This document shows, piece by piece, positions 8,522 to 17,919 of a stretch of 64,000 bases of DNA. The stretch lies in sequence record MG655267.1, one strand, 5' to 3'. The notes under the pieces were generated by a model. The model was not told the origin of the DNA, did not search any database, and worked only from the letters and a program-made list of their open reading frames with translations. The translations under genes and the position numbers were made by a program. Numbering within the stretch: position 1 is the stretch's first letter; every line of letters starts with the position of its first letter.

Positions 8522-9655
8522 ATGCAGTACAGTACCTTTAATACCACTAAAAACGATCAGATGGCTGAACCGATGTTCCTGGGTCAGTCGGTTAACGTCT
8601 CACGTTATGATCAGCAGAAGTACCCCGCGTTCGAAAAGCTGATTGAGAAACAACTTTCATTCTTCTGGCGACCTGAAGAGGTGGATGTTTCGCAAGACCG
8701 TATCGACTTCCAGGGGCTGCCAGATCATGAAAAACACATCTTCGTTTCTAACCTGAAATACCAAACCCTGCTGGACTCGATTCAGGGTCGTAGCCCGAAC
8801 GTGGCATTGCTGCCGATCTGTTCTATCCCGGAACTCGAAACCTGGATTGAAACCTGGGCGTTCTCTGAAACGATCCACTCGCGCTCATACACCCACATCA
8901 TCCGTAATATCTTTACTGACCCCTCCATCGTGTTTGATGACATCGTGACCAACGAACACATCAAAGCGCGTGCTGAGTCCGTCACGGAGTATTACGACCA
9001 GCTGATCGAAATGACCATGTACCTCAACTTACTGGGTGAAGGCAGCCATGTAATCAATGGTAAGAAAGTCGTGGTCTCGATGCGTGCTATCAAACGCCTG
9101 GTCTACCTGTGCATCGTGTCAGTCAACGTGTTGGAAGCCATCCGCTTCTATGTCTCCTTTGCCTGCTCGTTTGCCTTTGCTGAACGTGAGCTGATGGAAG
9201 GCAACGCCAAGATCATTAAACTGATCGCCCGTGATGAAGCCCTGCATCTGACCGGCACTCAGCACATGATCATGTTGATGAAGTCCGGTGCTGACGATGC
9301 TGAGATGGCGGAAATCGTTAAAGAGTGTGAAGCAGAAACATACGCACTCTTTAAGGACGCTGCAGAGCAGGAGAAAGACTGGGCGAACTATCTGTTCCAG
9401 GACGGCTCGATGATCGGTCTGAACAAAGAGATCGTCTGCCAGTACATCGAATACATCACCAACATCCGTATTCGCGCCATCGGTTACGATGACATCTACA
9501 CCGGTGTCAAAGCTAACCCAATCCCATGGATCAACTCCTGGTTGGTTTCTGACAACGTGCAACAAGCCCCTCAAGAGTCAGAGATTACCTCGTATTTAGT
9601 AGGTCAGATCGACTCAACTGTCGATGCAGATGCGTTTGATAACTTCGAACTTTAA
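8522..9655 (+). CDS. nrdB: Ribonucleotide reductase class Ia beta subunit
   Basis: [19 protein letters not shown] (radical Tyr), [15 protein letters not shown] di-iron motifs; C-terminal SYLVGQID. Confidence 0.97.
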   Translation: MQYSTFNTTKNDQMAEPMFLGQSVNVSRYDQQKYPAFEKLIEKQLSFFWRPEEVDVSQDRIDFQGLPDHEKHIFVSNLKYQTLLDSIQGRSPNVALLPICSIPELETWIETWAFSETIHSRSYTHIIRNIFTDPSIVFDDIVTNEHIKARAESVTEYYDQLIEMTMYLNLLGEGSHVINGKKVVVSMRAIKRLVYLCIVSVNVLEAIRFYVSFACSFAFAERELMEGNAKIIKLIARDEALHLTGTQHMIMLMKSGADDAEMAEIVKECEAETYALFKDAAEQEKDWANYLFQDGSMIGLNKEIVCQYIEYITNIRIRAIGYDDIYTGVKANPIPWINSWLVSDNVQQAPQESEITSYLVGQIDSTVDADAFDNFEL

Positions 9656-9712
9656 TACGTGATCAGCTTCACTCACGTAGAGGGCTGATCGCTAGCCCTT
9701 TATGGAGAGTGT

Positions 9713-10546
9713 ATGTCTGAGATAAAAGATAACCCGGATAACTGGAAAGTGATTCCGGGTTACTCACGTTATGAGATCAACGAAGTCGGCGTTGTAAGAA
9801 AGATACATAACAAGAAGGTGATGAAACAATGGCTGCGTGGTAATTATACCGCCACTGCTATCACTTCTGATAATAAGTCAACTAGTAGAATAGAATCTAT
9901 TCATATTTTACTGTGCCTTACATTTATTGGTCCAAAGCCCTTACCTGAACCTGGGCACAAACTTGTTACCGCTAACCACAAGGACGGTAACAAACTTAAC
10001 AATGTGAGGTCTAATGTAGAATGGTTATCCAATTCTGGTAATATTCTGCATGCTTACAAGAACCGGCTAAATAAATCATCACAGCACCTGCGTCTAACCA
10101 ATGTGGTCTCTGGTGAAGTTGTCGACCTGCATTCTTACCGCGAATTATCCAAATGGATGGGTAATCCTAACCTGCGCGGAAGAATGGAGTATCTGAAGTA
10201 TCGCAACAAGCTTTATCAAGGTCAGTGGCGAATAGAACTTCTTGGCGAATCAGAGAAGTCTTCAGGGTCTCGTACCAGTAAACAAGTATGCGTAATGGAT
10301 GTGGCTAAACGACTTGGATTGAGGGAGGGTGAGTTTGATACTTTTATCTTTAATTCCATGCATGACGCCGCTGCAGCATTAGGCGTAAGTCGCAAAGGTA
10401 TTGGTCGATCGATTAGTACCAAAGGACGTCATGTTGTAAATGGGTACGCTATATCGCTATCATTTGACGATATGGCTAATATCACTTATGACAAAGCGTA
10501 TGTGGAGATTAGTCTTAAATGGGCGAAACTCAGGGGTCAGAAGTAA
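9713..10546 (+). mobile_element. Free-standing HNH homing endonuclease (NUMOD4-HNH-NUMOD1-like)
   Basis: WKVIPGYSRYEI (NUMOD4), NHKDGNKLNN..SNVEW (HNH), FNSMHDAAAALGVSR (NUMOD1-like); visibly more AT-rich than its neighbours. Confidence 0.9.
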
Positions 10547-10614
10547 GCTCTTATCTGGTCGGTCAGATCGACTCTAAAGTGGACGCCAACGATTTCGACG
10601 ATTTCCAACTGTAA
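10528..10614 (+). pseudogene. nrdB: Stranded second copy of the nrdB 3' end
   Basis: Translates [28 protein letters not shown], versus [28 protein letters not shown] at the end of nrdB; no start codon. Confidence 0.85.
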
Positions 10615-10621
10615 CTGCTAG

Positions 10622-10645
10622 GCATCCATGCTTCGGCGTGGGTGC
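10622..10645 (+). terminator. UUCG hairpin after the stranded nrdB end
   Basis: GCATCCATGC-TTCG-GCGTGGGTGC. Confidence 0.55.
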
Positions 10646-10662
10646 TGTATAAAGGAGGATGT

Positions 10663-11259
10663 ATGGATGTAGGGCAACGCAATGTCCAGATCTCAGATCA
10701 GTATGAGATTATCGGCATGGCGGGTGTAAACTACCTGCCTTTAAAGAAGTCTTCCTCCGATACATACCGCGTGGTGTTGTGTCGGTTGGATGGGTTAGGG
10801 CGTGACAACACTAACTTGCATTATGACATCGATGATGCCTTCACTGACCACTACCGCTTTATCACCCAGCAACTCCCCTTTGCCGAATTTGATGGCAGGG
10901 ATCGTGTCACCACACTCATGCAGAACTGGCAAGGCAAAGCAACCACCGAGATCATTGACAACATCTTTAGTTCAATTGATCCCGACGCAGGTGCCTTTAC
11001 GCTAGAAAGCATCAGTGTGGAAAACGGTTACCTTTATGGCGAGGTCAGATTAGCCAATAGCATTGTGGGAACGAATCTCTCCATGATGCTGAACCATCCA
11101 CGTCCCGATCAGGCGGCCATGATCTTTGGTGTTCGCTACCTGTCGGTCAATACCCGGCTTGACGGACTGCAATATGCTGATGTCAAGAAGATCTGTGCGT
11201 ATGACGTGAATATCGTCAGCGAAACTGAATTAACCCAACGTCGTAACGGCGTGAAATAA
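10663..11259 (+). CDS. Hypothetical protein
   Basis: AAGGAGG SD, ATG at 10663. Confidence 0.75.
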   Translation: MDVGQRNVQISDQYEIIGMAGVNYLPLKKSSSDTYRVVLCRLDGLGRDNTNLHYDIDDAFTDHYRFITQQLPFAEFDGRDRVTTLMQNWQGKATTEIIDNIFSSIDPDAGAFTLESISVENGYLYGEVRLANSIVGTNLSMMLNHPRPDQAAMIFGVRYLSVNTRLDGLQYADVKKICAYDVNIVSETELTQRRNGVK

Positions 11260-11293
11260 TGAACCGTTTAAAAGGTGCTGTGAGAACCTATAA

Positions 11294-11911
11294 ATGAAAA
11301 GAACAAAAAATATAAAGCTTGATCGTTTTCGTAAGGCATGGAAATTTAAGAAGGTTACGCTGGCATTGATGGTGGTAACCGGATCGTTTTACCTGGTGGC
11401 GTGCGATGAGCCGCGTGATCAGCAAGTGCAGATGTATCAGAATGCGGATGACTGTAGTCGAGCTCGCCCGCAAGACAAGCAGCGCTGTTCTGATGCGTAC
11501 AATAACGCTCTGCGTGAATCTGAACGTACCGCCCCGCGTTACGGATCGAAAGGAGATTGTGATGCCGAGTTTGGCTCTGACAATTGCTACCAATCCACGG
11601 CTCATAGCCCGACCTGGATGCCGTATATGGGCGGATACATGTACGGGCGCAACGGGAGTTACGCACAGCCGTTGTATTCCTCACGGGTAACGTCAAGTCC
11701 TGCCTATCACCGCTACGTCGATGCTGGCGGACGTAACTACGGCAGTGCTATCTCTGGACGCTCGATTAATACCACACGCAGCGCGTTAGCGCCCAAGCCT
11801 GTAGTCACTTCAACCATTACCCGTGGCGGGTTCGGTGCAAGCGTGGCACACATGAGTAGTTCTCATTCTTCGTCCAGTCACAGCAGTGGCGGACATTCAT
11901 CTGGCGGTTAA
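11294..11911 (+). CDS. ygiB: YgiB/DUF1190 family lipoprotein
   Basis: MKRTK start, LVAC lipobox, YQNADDCS, AYNNAL.E.ERTAP.Y, WMP.M.GYM.GR, TITRGGFG.SVA match enterobacterial YgiB. Confidence 0.88.
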   Translation: MKRTKNIKLDRFRKAWKFKKVTLALMVVTGSFYLVACDEPRDQQVQMYQNADDCSRARPQDKQRCSDAYNNALRESERTAPRYGSKGDCDAEFGSDNCYQSTAHSPTWMPYMGGYMYGRNGSYAQPLYSSRVTSSPAYHRYVDAGGRNYGSAISGRSINTTRSALAPKPVVTSTITRGGFGASVAHMSSSHSSSSHSSGGHSSGG

Positions 11912-11920
11912 GGAACAGTA

Positions 11921-12442
11921 ATGCAAATCCCCGGTATGCCAACTTCATTTGAAGAGCTGTGCAGTATCATTGTTAAACTCGGGTTAGTTGATGCCTCGGT
12001 TGAAAAGACCACTGAGCTTTTGTGGCAGTCTGTCGAAGACCACGGCTACACCCATCGGTGGGACGACCCAGATCAAGAGATGACGTCAACAGAACGTTGG
12101 TTCAACCGCGCAGAAGAGTTGAAAATGACGTTCCATGGTGATGTTGTCGCCATGCTGGTTGATTGGTCTATTATGACGGGTCGTATGGCTCAGTACCATA
12201 ATGACATTGATTATCAGCAATATTATCGCAACTGGTTGGCTTCGCAGATCAGTGTTAAGCTACAACTCGATGAGGAAGGCGTCACCGAAACGACCTTACA
12301 TCCACCAACCTATCGCTATCTTCAAGGTGGCAAGATCTTTGTCATCAATGCAGCCACTTCTGGTAACGGTGGTGGCATCAACTATTACACCATGTCATTA
12401 GAGGAGTATGTGAAGTACATTAAAACGCAACCGGCTATTTAA
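11921..12442 (+). CDS. Hypothetical protein
   Basis: 173-aa ORF with AAGGA SD. Confidence 0.75.
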   Translation: MQIPGMPTSFEELCSIIVKLGLVDASVEKTTELLWQSVEDHGYTHRWDDPDQEMTSTERWFNRAEELKMTFHGDVVAMLVDWSIMTGRMAQYHNDIDYQQYYRNWLASQISVKLQLDEEGVTETTLHPPTYRYLQGGKIFVINAATSGNGGGINYYTMSLEEYVKYIKTQPAI

Positions 12443-12475
12443 TGTAAGAGCCCGCTATCAGTAGGAGAGTTACGT

Positions 12476-12778
12476 ATGGCGAACAAAAGTGTTATCGGCG
12501 TGATCAAATACAGTCGGGTGGACAACAAAGACACCTGGACAGTCTACCAGCACGGTAAACACGTTGAGCTTTTCCAGAAAGCTTTCCAGCATCCCATCGA
12601 GGCGTTTAAGCTTCGGGATATTTCCAAAGTAGGTCGGCCTGAAGTCAGTCATGCCTCGGGCCATTATCCGATCGTTGATAACCCCAGTATCCGCGTCTTC
12701 TACGAAGATGGCAGTATCGGTGTGGGTGCGGGTGCGTTAATCAACATCATGTTGCAACAGTATCAATTAACGGAGTGA
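12476..12778 (+). CDS. Hypothetical protein
   Basis: AGGAG SD; 100 aa. Confidence 0.7.
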   Translation: MANKSVIGVIKYSRVDNKDTWTVYQHGKHVELFQKAFQHPIEAFKLRDISKVGRPEVSHASGHYPIVDNPSIRVFYEDGSIGVGAGALINIMLQQYQLTE

Positions 12779-12782
12779 CATC

Positions 12783-13073
12783 ATGGGTAAAGTCAAAGAG
12801 ATTTTGTATGGTCGCCGCGGTAGCACGGCCGGTGAGATTCTTAAGTTAGAATACATGGAGCCGTTAAACCTCACCGTCGATGAAACAGCAAAGAAACTGA
12901 AAGTTGCAAAGTCTACCATCAGCCGGATTATTAATGGCCGTTGCCGCTTGAGCAAGCCCCTTGCCACCAAACTTGCCAAAGCGTTCGCCACTACTCCGGA
13001 ATACTGGATGAACTTTGCTGACAACTGCACCAACCCCTATCCAAACTTGCGGGCCAAGGGCTGGTACAGATGA
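12783..13073 (+). CDS. higA: HigA-family antitoxin / XRE HTH protein
   Basis: GEIL..EYMEPLNLT...AK.L.V..STISRIING....S..LA.KLAKAF.TTPEYWMN pattern. Confidence 0.8.
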   Translation: MGKVKEILYGRRGSTAGEILKLEYMEPLNLTVDETAKKLKVAKSTISRIINGRCRLSKPLATKLAKAFATTPEYWMNFADNCTNPYPNLRAKGWYR

Positions 13074-13291
13074 ACATCGCCGAACCCATCTATGAGGTGG
13101 AAGTCGGCAAAACGTATCTGTCACCTTCGGGTTTGCCGTTCGAAGTGTTGTTCTTAGCCGCCCATGGTCAGGACTGCACGGTACCGATGGTGGTATACCG
13201 CAACCTCACCCCGACGTACGACAAACCTGCAGGGCAGATCTGGACCACATCGGAGTCACTCTTTCTAACGCAATTCCGCGTGCCTGCGTGA
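13070..13291 (+). CDS. DUF1653-like small beta-barrel protein
   Basis: GKTY...G..FEVLFLA.H.QD...MVVYRNL....IW......F pattern. Confidence 0.65.
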   Translation: MNIAEPIYEVEVGKTYLSPSGLPFEVLFLAAHGQDCTVPMVVYRNLTPTYDKPAGQIWTTSESLFLTQFRVPA

Positions 13292-13335
13292 TGCTATGGC
13301 GGTAACTGACCGTCCATCACTACAGAGGCAAGCGC

Positions 13336-13641
13336 ATGTCTACGAACGAGAACTTTCATGTATCCGATCAGGCGATTATCGATGCCATCCTGGAATACAC
13401 CCGTAACGGGAAAGAACCAGCTGTAGTCAAGTACGACCCCGATGGCCCTGAAGCAGAACGCATGAGTCAGGAACATCGGATTGTCACCTGGTTTCAAGAC
13501 ATCCGTACCATTGTTGACGCGGTATGTCAACGTCCAGGTTTCTCCGGGCTTAACGTGCTGAAGATCGCAACCCGTGCTATGGAACAGGATATCATAGCAC
13601 AGTCAGCGGGACCGGCATCGCCTATTAACCCTGAACTGTAG
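13336..13641 (+). CDS. Hypothetical protein
   Basis: GAGG SD; 101 aa. Confidence 0.7.
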   Translation: MSTNENFHVSDQAIIDAILEYTRNGKEPAVVKYDPDGPEAERMSQEHRIVTWFQDIRTIVDAVCQRPGFSGLNVLKIATRAMEQDIIAQSAGPASPINPEL

Positions 13642-13662
13642 AAAATAAGAAGACTTTCACAC

Positions 13663-13920
13663 ATGCAATTAAAAGACCTGCTTACCTGCATTCGCCCGGG
13701 TGATGTTATCACCAATACCGCCTGGCCACAGGGACGGACCTTTACCGTCTCAACGGAGTTCATGAAGTTTCATACCGGTCGTGGTACGGATGTTCATGAA
13801 CGCAATTCATGCCCAGATGGTGCGTGGCACGGTTGGTCGGTAGCAAACAAATATGCCACCGTACTTAACCGTCGTGCAGTAGCGCAATCCCACAACCCGA
13901 TTAAAGAGGACGTTTCATGA
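13663..13920 (+). CDS. Hypothetical protein
   Basis: 85 aa; ATGA overlap with the next gene. Confidence 0.65.
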   Translation: MQLKDLLTCIRPGDVITNTAWPQGRTFTVSTEFMKFHTGRGTDVHERNSCPDGAWHGWSVANKYATVLNRRAVAQSHNPIKEDVS

Positions 13921-14318
13921 TTACCATTACGGACATGCACGATGAAGAAGGGTTCACTGACGAAAAGAAAGATGCGTTAGTGAAACTTCTGCCAGAAGAC
14001 AACAACGGTCTTGCACACACCTATCGTTTTACTGATGGTGCTGAAGAGAACCCGTTTGAAGGCTTCCTGATCATCGGCGCCCCAACGCTGGTTTATCACT
14101 TTATCCGCACCGGTAAGAATGACGCGGGTGAAGAAGAAGAGACCTATCTGGGCCAATACGTCCCAACGGTCGATGGCGGTGTAATGCCAGAGAACGGCCT
14201 GGGTCAGAACCTGAGCGACAACGTGGGTACTCGCGTGGCAGAGTTTGAATCTGTTATTCGTAGCTTCCACCGTAAAGTGCTCGAGCGTCTGGGTCAGCCA
14301 GTCCCTGGCGCACGGTAA
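13917..14318 (+). CDS. Hypothetical protein (paralogue of 15335..15733)
   Basis: Shared Y.F.DG...F.GFL.I..P.L.Y and PEN motifs. Confidence 0.75.
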   Translation: MITITDMHDEEGFTDEKKDALVKLLPEDNNGLAHTYRFTDGAEENPFEGFLIIGAPTLVYHFIRTGKNDAGEEEETYLGQYVPTVDGGVMPENGLGQNLSDNVGTRVAEFESVIRSFHRKVLERLGQPVPGAR

Positions 14319-14324
14319 GATGAC

Positions 14325-14353
14325 ACCCGGGGGTTCTCCCCGGGTTTTATGCC
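14325..14353 (+). terminator. Hairpin terminator + TTATGCC
   Basis: ACCCGGGG/CCCCGGGT then TTATGCC and T-runs. Confidence 0.75.
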
Positions 14354-14424
14354 GTCTTTTTATTTTTTGTTACAGATTACATAGATGGTACTTATTATAC
14401 ACCACTACTGAAAAGGAATACATC

Positions 14425-15330
14425 ATGTCTGAGCAAGCCGCTGTAAAACCGAAGAATTATACCAACCTGACTGTCACCATCGCCGGTAATGACCCAGTTG
14501 CTGCCACTGCCGTTGCCAGTGTGTTATCAACGTACCTGAACGAAAAGGGTCTGGCCGGTCGTCGTCTGGGTGAGAATGCTATCGCCCCTGACTTCGCGGT
14601 GCAATCTGTTGAAGGCCTGGCTGCTGACCAGAACAACAGTGTAAACGTTTCTGTTGACACCCTGACCATGGAATCCCTGCAGGGCAAAACCCAAGTCTGG
14701 GATTGGCCAACCTGGGGTGACAGCGAACAACCCTGGACCGCGCTGGTCGGTGACGAACTGCGTAACCTCTGGTCAACGTTCTCCGGTGTGCAGAAGCGCG
14801 CTATCTATAAAAGCCTGGCGGCACTGAACATCGTGGTGGAAGACGATGAGATGACTGAAGAGAAAGCACAGGAGATCATCAACAACTCTGAAGTTTATGT
14901 TGATCTGCGTGATGTGCGTAACGACGGCAGTTATAGACGCGTGCTGATTGACGGCACAGCAACCATTGAAGAACTCGACGCCATCAAGTTCATCTTCCAG
15001 ACCGCACGTGAAGGCAACCCGGTCACCCACGAAGACATCACACTGCAACAGCAGCAGGATGTCAGCAACGGCGCGCATGCAGCGCCTGAACTGCCGGATG
15101 GTCGTGAGACACCAGAGCTGCCGGACACTCTCGAACCGCTGGCCAGTCCGGAATACAACCCGGAAGATTTAGAGCCGGGTACAGGTATCCCCGCGGTAAA
15201 CCCAACTGACCCTTCGCTGGCGCCACAAACCAAACAGCAGGCTGTGTCGTTTGACAACAGCGACAAAGCTACCCTGGCTGCTGCACCTACTTCAGGAACC
15301 GTCCGTCCATCCGACGACATGGGAGACTAA
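14425..15330 (+). CDS. Hypothetical multidomain protein with acidic Pro-rich disordered tail
   Basis: AAGGA SD, ATG at 14425; PELPD repeated twice. Confidence 0.8.
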   Translation: MSEQAAVKPKNYTNLTVTIAGNDPVAATAVASVLSTYLNEKGLAGRRLGENAIAPDFAVQSVEGLAADQNNSVNVSVDTLTMESLQGKTQVWDWPTWGDSEQPWTALVGDELRNLWSTFSGVQKRAIYKSLAALNIVVEDDEMTEEKAQEIINNSEVYVDLRDVRNDGSYRRVLIDGTATIEELDAIKFIFQTAREGNPVTHEDITLQQQQDVSNGAHAAPELPDGRETPELPDTLEPLASPEYNPEDLEPGTGIPAVNPTDPSLAPQTKQQAVSFDNSDKATLAAAPTSGTVRPSDDMGD

Positions 15331-15334
15331 GTCA

Positions 15335-15733
15335 ATGCTACCGAAGTCTGAACCAATCTCCATATTCAGCGTCTCGAGTGTTCAACTGACCGAAGCGTCA
15401 GAAGCGCACTTTCGTAAAGAGCTGAACGAGGCAGATGCCATTCACTCTGTCTACGCCTTTAAAGATGGCTCGCAATTCGGTGCCCGCTTTAATGGCTTTC
15501 TGGTGATCACCGGTCCTATCCTGGCGTACCAGTTATTCCGGGGTAGTGAACTGGAGTCGTCTGAGTTCGTCGGCACCTTTATGTACGGTGAAGGCGGGGA
15601 AGCGATTATCCCAGAGAACGTTAAAACGGTGTTCAGTCAATATGACCGTAACCGAGTGACCCAGTTTAAGGCATTAGCCCAAGCACTGCACTCAGCGGTC
15701 ACTGACCACATCAAAGGGGTACGGCGTGACTGA
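15335..15733 (+). CDS. Hypothetical protein (paralogue of 13917..14318)
   Basis: GGGAG SD, ATG at 15335; shared motifs. Confidence 0.75.
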   Translation: MLPKSEPISIFSVSSVQLTEASEAHFRKELNEADAIHSVYAFKDGSQFGARFNGFLVITGPILAYQLFRGSELESSEFVGTFMYGEGGEAIIPENVKTVFSQYDRNRVTQFKALAQALHSAVTDHIKGVRRD

Positions 15734-16430
15734 CATCACTTCAACACCAGAAGCAGCGGCGGCCCTGCCGGCGTTTAAAGGGATGTTGGGTGAACAGGTA
15801 AAAGGCTTCGGAGCAAGCCAGCTTACCGGCTGGCACATTGTGGTCGCTGATCCGACTGACCTGCCAAAGGGGGTGCAAGAAGGCCTCAGTGCTTTGGTGG
15901 GTCGCTCCAGCATCTTTACCTATCTCGGTGCCCGCTGGGTATTTGACAGTATCGGCACCGGTTACCTGCAACGCACCCGTATGGTCATTGACCCTGACAC
16001 GGTTAACATCGAACAAATTGAAGACCGGTCTGCTCAACACGGTATCGTCCGGGGGAGTGAAGATCGTCGAGAGTGGAACCTGGGTAACTGGGTCGCACAC
16101 CTCGGGGGTCGTATCAACCGTGACAGCTACCTCGAGTTCGGCAGTCTGTATGCGTTAGATCAAATGATCAATCAGATGCATAAATTGATGTTTCGCACCA
16201 AAGATGATGAGCTGAAGATTCACATCGTGGGCGGGTCACCTGATGATCAAAAAGTTATTGCCCTGCTGATTGGCGGTGTCTTGGACGACTACGATGTCAC
16301 CCCGAGCACCAGTCTTGGTAAACTCATTGAAGAGGCATCAGTTAATCCCCCTTCAATGGATAGCCTGAATGACACAGCGGATCATTCGTTGCGTCTTAAA
16401 ATTGAAATTAATATCGTGCCTCGTAACTGA
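15726..16430 (+). CDS. Hypothetical protein
   Basis: 234-aa ORF, GTG start overlapping the previous stop. Confidence 0.7.
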   Translation: MTDITSTPEAAAALPAFKGMLGEQVKGFGASQLTGWHIVVADPTDLPKGVQEGLSALVGRSSIFTYLGARWVFDSIGTGYLQRTRMVIDPDTVNIEQIEDRSAQHGIVRGSEDRREWNLGNWVAHLGGRINRDSYLEFGSLYALDQMINQMHKLMFRTKDDELKIHIVGGSPDDQKVIALLIGGVLDDYDVTPSTSLGKLIEEASVNPPSMDSLNDTADHSLRLKIEINIVPRN

Positions 16431-16459
16431 GGCCTTATTTCTCGTCGAAGGAAAAAGAG

Positions 16460-17107
16460 ATGGCTGACATTAACTATTACGAACTGATTCGCAACTGGGG
16501 TAAAGCCCGTAACATCATCGGTGGTGGCTCTACCCCGATCGATCAGTTTATCAAAGGCACCACGGAAGCGGCAGAGCTCTGGGCCAATGTGTTGGGTAAA
16601 GAACCCGCTAAGCTGAAAGATGACATCGGCGATACGCTGGTCTGTCTGACACAGTCTTACGGTATTGCTGGCAGTGTGGTGATTGAAGACGCGGCATCTC
16701 ATGCTGACCAGTACCTGGCATCACTGCGTAAAGATTACGAAGCCTACGGCGAATGGGCGCTGAAACGCTTTGCCCTGAAAGTGCTGCGCAGCATGTCTGA
16801 CATCTCGACGCAGATTGAACACGCCCAGTTCGACCCTGACCGCCATTGTCCGGACCGTCTGTCTGATGAAACTGCAGAGCTGGTAGCCGTCCTGACGGTG
16901 ATTGCAGAGAACCAGGGCTGGACGCTGGAAGAGTGTCTGGAAGAAGCGTACAACGATATCCGTGACAGAAAAGGCGTGATGTTCAACGGTGGCTTCGTAA
17001 AAGAAGCGAGCCTATCAGTTGAGCGCGCACAAGAGATGCTGGCTTCTGGTACCGTCGGTGGTGTGGGTGCTGAATACCTGAATGACTACATCAGCGCAAA
17101 CAGCTAA
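16460..17107 (+). CDS. MazG-like nucleotide pyrophosphohydrolase
   Basis: W..ARNI, QF.K..EAAEL, DDIGDTLV, LEECLEEAYNDIRDRKG.M.NG.FVKE. Confidence 0.8.
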   Translation: MADINYYELIRNWGKARNIIGGGSTPIDQFIKGTTEAAELWANVLGKEPAKLKDDIGDTLVCLTQSYGIAGSVVIEDAASHADQYLASLRKDYEAYGEWALKRFALKVLRSMSDISTQIEHAQFDPDRHCPDRLSDETAELVAVLTVIAENQGWTLEECLEEAYNDIRDRKGVMFNGGFVKEASLSVERAQEMLASGTVGGVGAEYLNDYISANS

Positions 17108-17123
17108 CTGTAAATAAAGCTAA

Positions 17124-17143
17124 ACCTACATTACCTAAGGGAT
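17124..17143 (+). promoter_or_regulatory. Putative early promoter overlapping a terminator hairpin
   Basis: ACCTACATTAC-CTAA-GGGAT; hairpin 17137-17160 then TTATGCC. Confidence 0.6.
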
Positions 17144-17188
17144 AGTGAAAGCTATCCCTTTTATGCCAATTATAATTGAGGAGTAAAA

Positions 17189-17569
17189 ATGAAACAGGTT
17201 GCTGCTAATGTAAATGTTCTTTCTGTCGATTATCGTTTCGGCGCTAAACAGATGGAGACCTACGCCAAGTTTATCACTGATGCATTAACGGCGGGTCGGA
17301 AAGTCTTTATCTATGCGGATAAAGAAGCGCGGGCAAAAGTGAATGAACTCTTTCCTAAAGTCCTCGGCCAGGAGGTGATGGAGAAGGTGCTTGTTCGTGC
17401 CTACCCCATCAGTGAACTGACTGCGGTTAACGTCGGCCGGGGTATGTCCAATATGTCGGCTATCTTCATCAGTGAAACCGGGCGTTATACCGATCATATC
17501 ACGAAAACGTTTTCAGCCGTTAAAGACCATGATGCATTGATTGTTGAATGCAGCGAAGTGGTGGCGTGA
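17189..17569 (+). CDS. Hypothetical protein
   Basis: GAGGAG SD; 126 aa. Confidence 0.75.
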   Translation: MKQVAANVNVLSVDYRFGAKQMETYAKFITDALTAGRKVFIYADKEARAKVNELFPKVLGQEVMEKVLVRAYPISELTAVNVGRGMSNMSAIFISETGRYTDHITKTFSAVKDHDALIVECSEVVA

Positions 17570-17919
17570 TGTCAAAGGCTAAAGCGGTCTGGGATGATCT
17601 CTCATACGCCCTGCTCATTCTGGGTGCGTGGCTTCTGTATATTGTCTTTGTTGGCTGGCGTGCTTATTTCTTCCCAGAGAAAACTATCATCAAGAACGAT
17701 GAGGATTTGCTGGCGTACCAGGAAGGCGCCGGGCGTTTCAATCGGTTTGTTAACGAAGCATTAGAGACGGTGATTGCTGACACGGAATGTTTATATCCCA
17801 TCACGATCACTAAACGCGGGCATTGGTTCTTTGCCGCAGATATGTTTACTGTTCAGAATGCCAAGTGCATAAGTCAGGTTGGTCTCAATAATAACGTGAC
17901 GACTACCCCGATCAGTTAA
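17569..17919 (+). CDS. Single-pass membrane protein
   Basis: TGATG overlap; TM helix near N-terminus. Confidence 0.7.
   Translation: MSKAKAVWDDLSYALLILGAWLLYIVFVGWRAYFFPEKTIIKNDEDLLAYQEGAGRFNRFVNEALETVIADTECLYPITITKRGHWFFAADMFTVQNAKCISQVGLNNNVTTTPIS

Noticed and set aside
9578-10545. Group I intron in nrdB carrying the HNH gene
   Set aside because: Only ~57 nt lie between the nrdB stop and the HNH start, and the HNH stop overlaps the second nrdB end, leaving no room for a ribozyme core; the upstream copy already completes the protein.
10663-11259. Inactive prohead-protease (S80-like) paralogue
   Set aside because: Only a faint beta-strand pattern near the C-terminus and no catalytic His/Ser motif; not supportable without profile searches.
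12476-12778. HigB toxin partner of the HigA-like gene
   Set aside because: No recognisable RelE/HigB residues or pattern.
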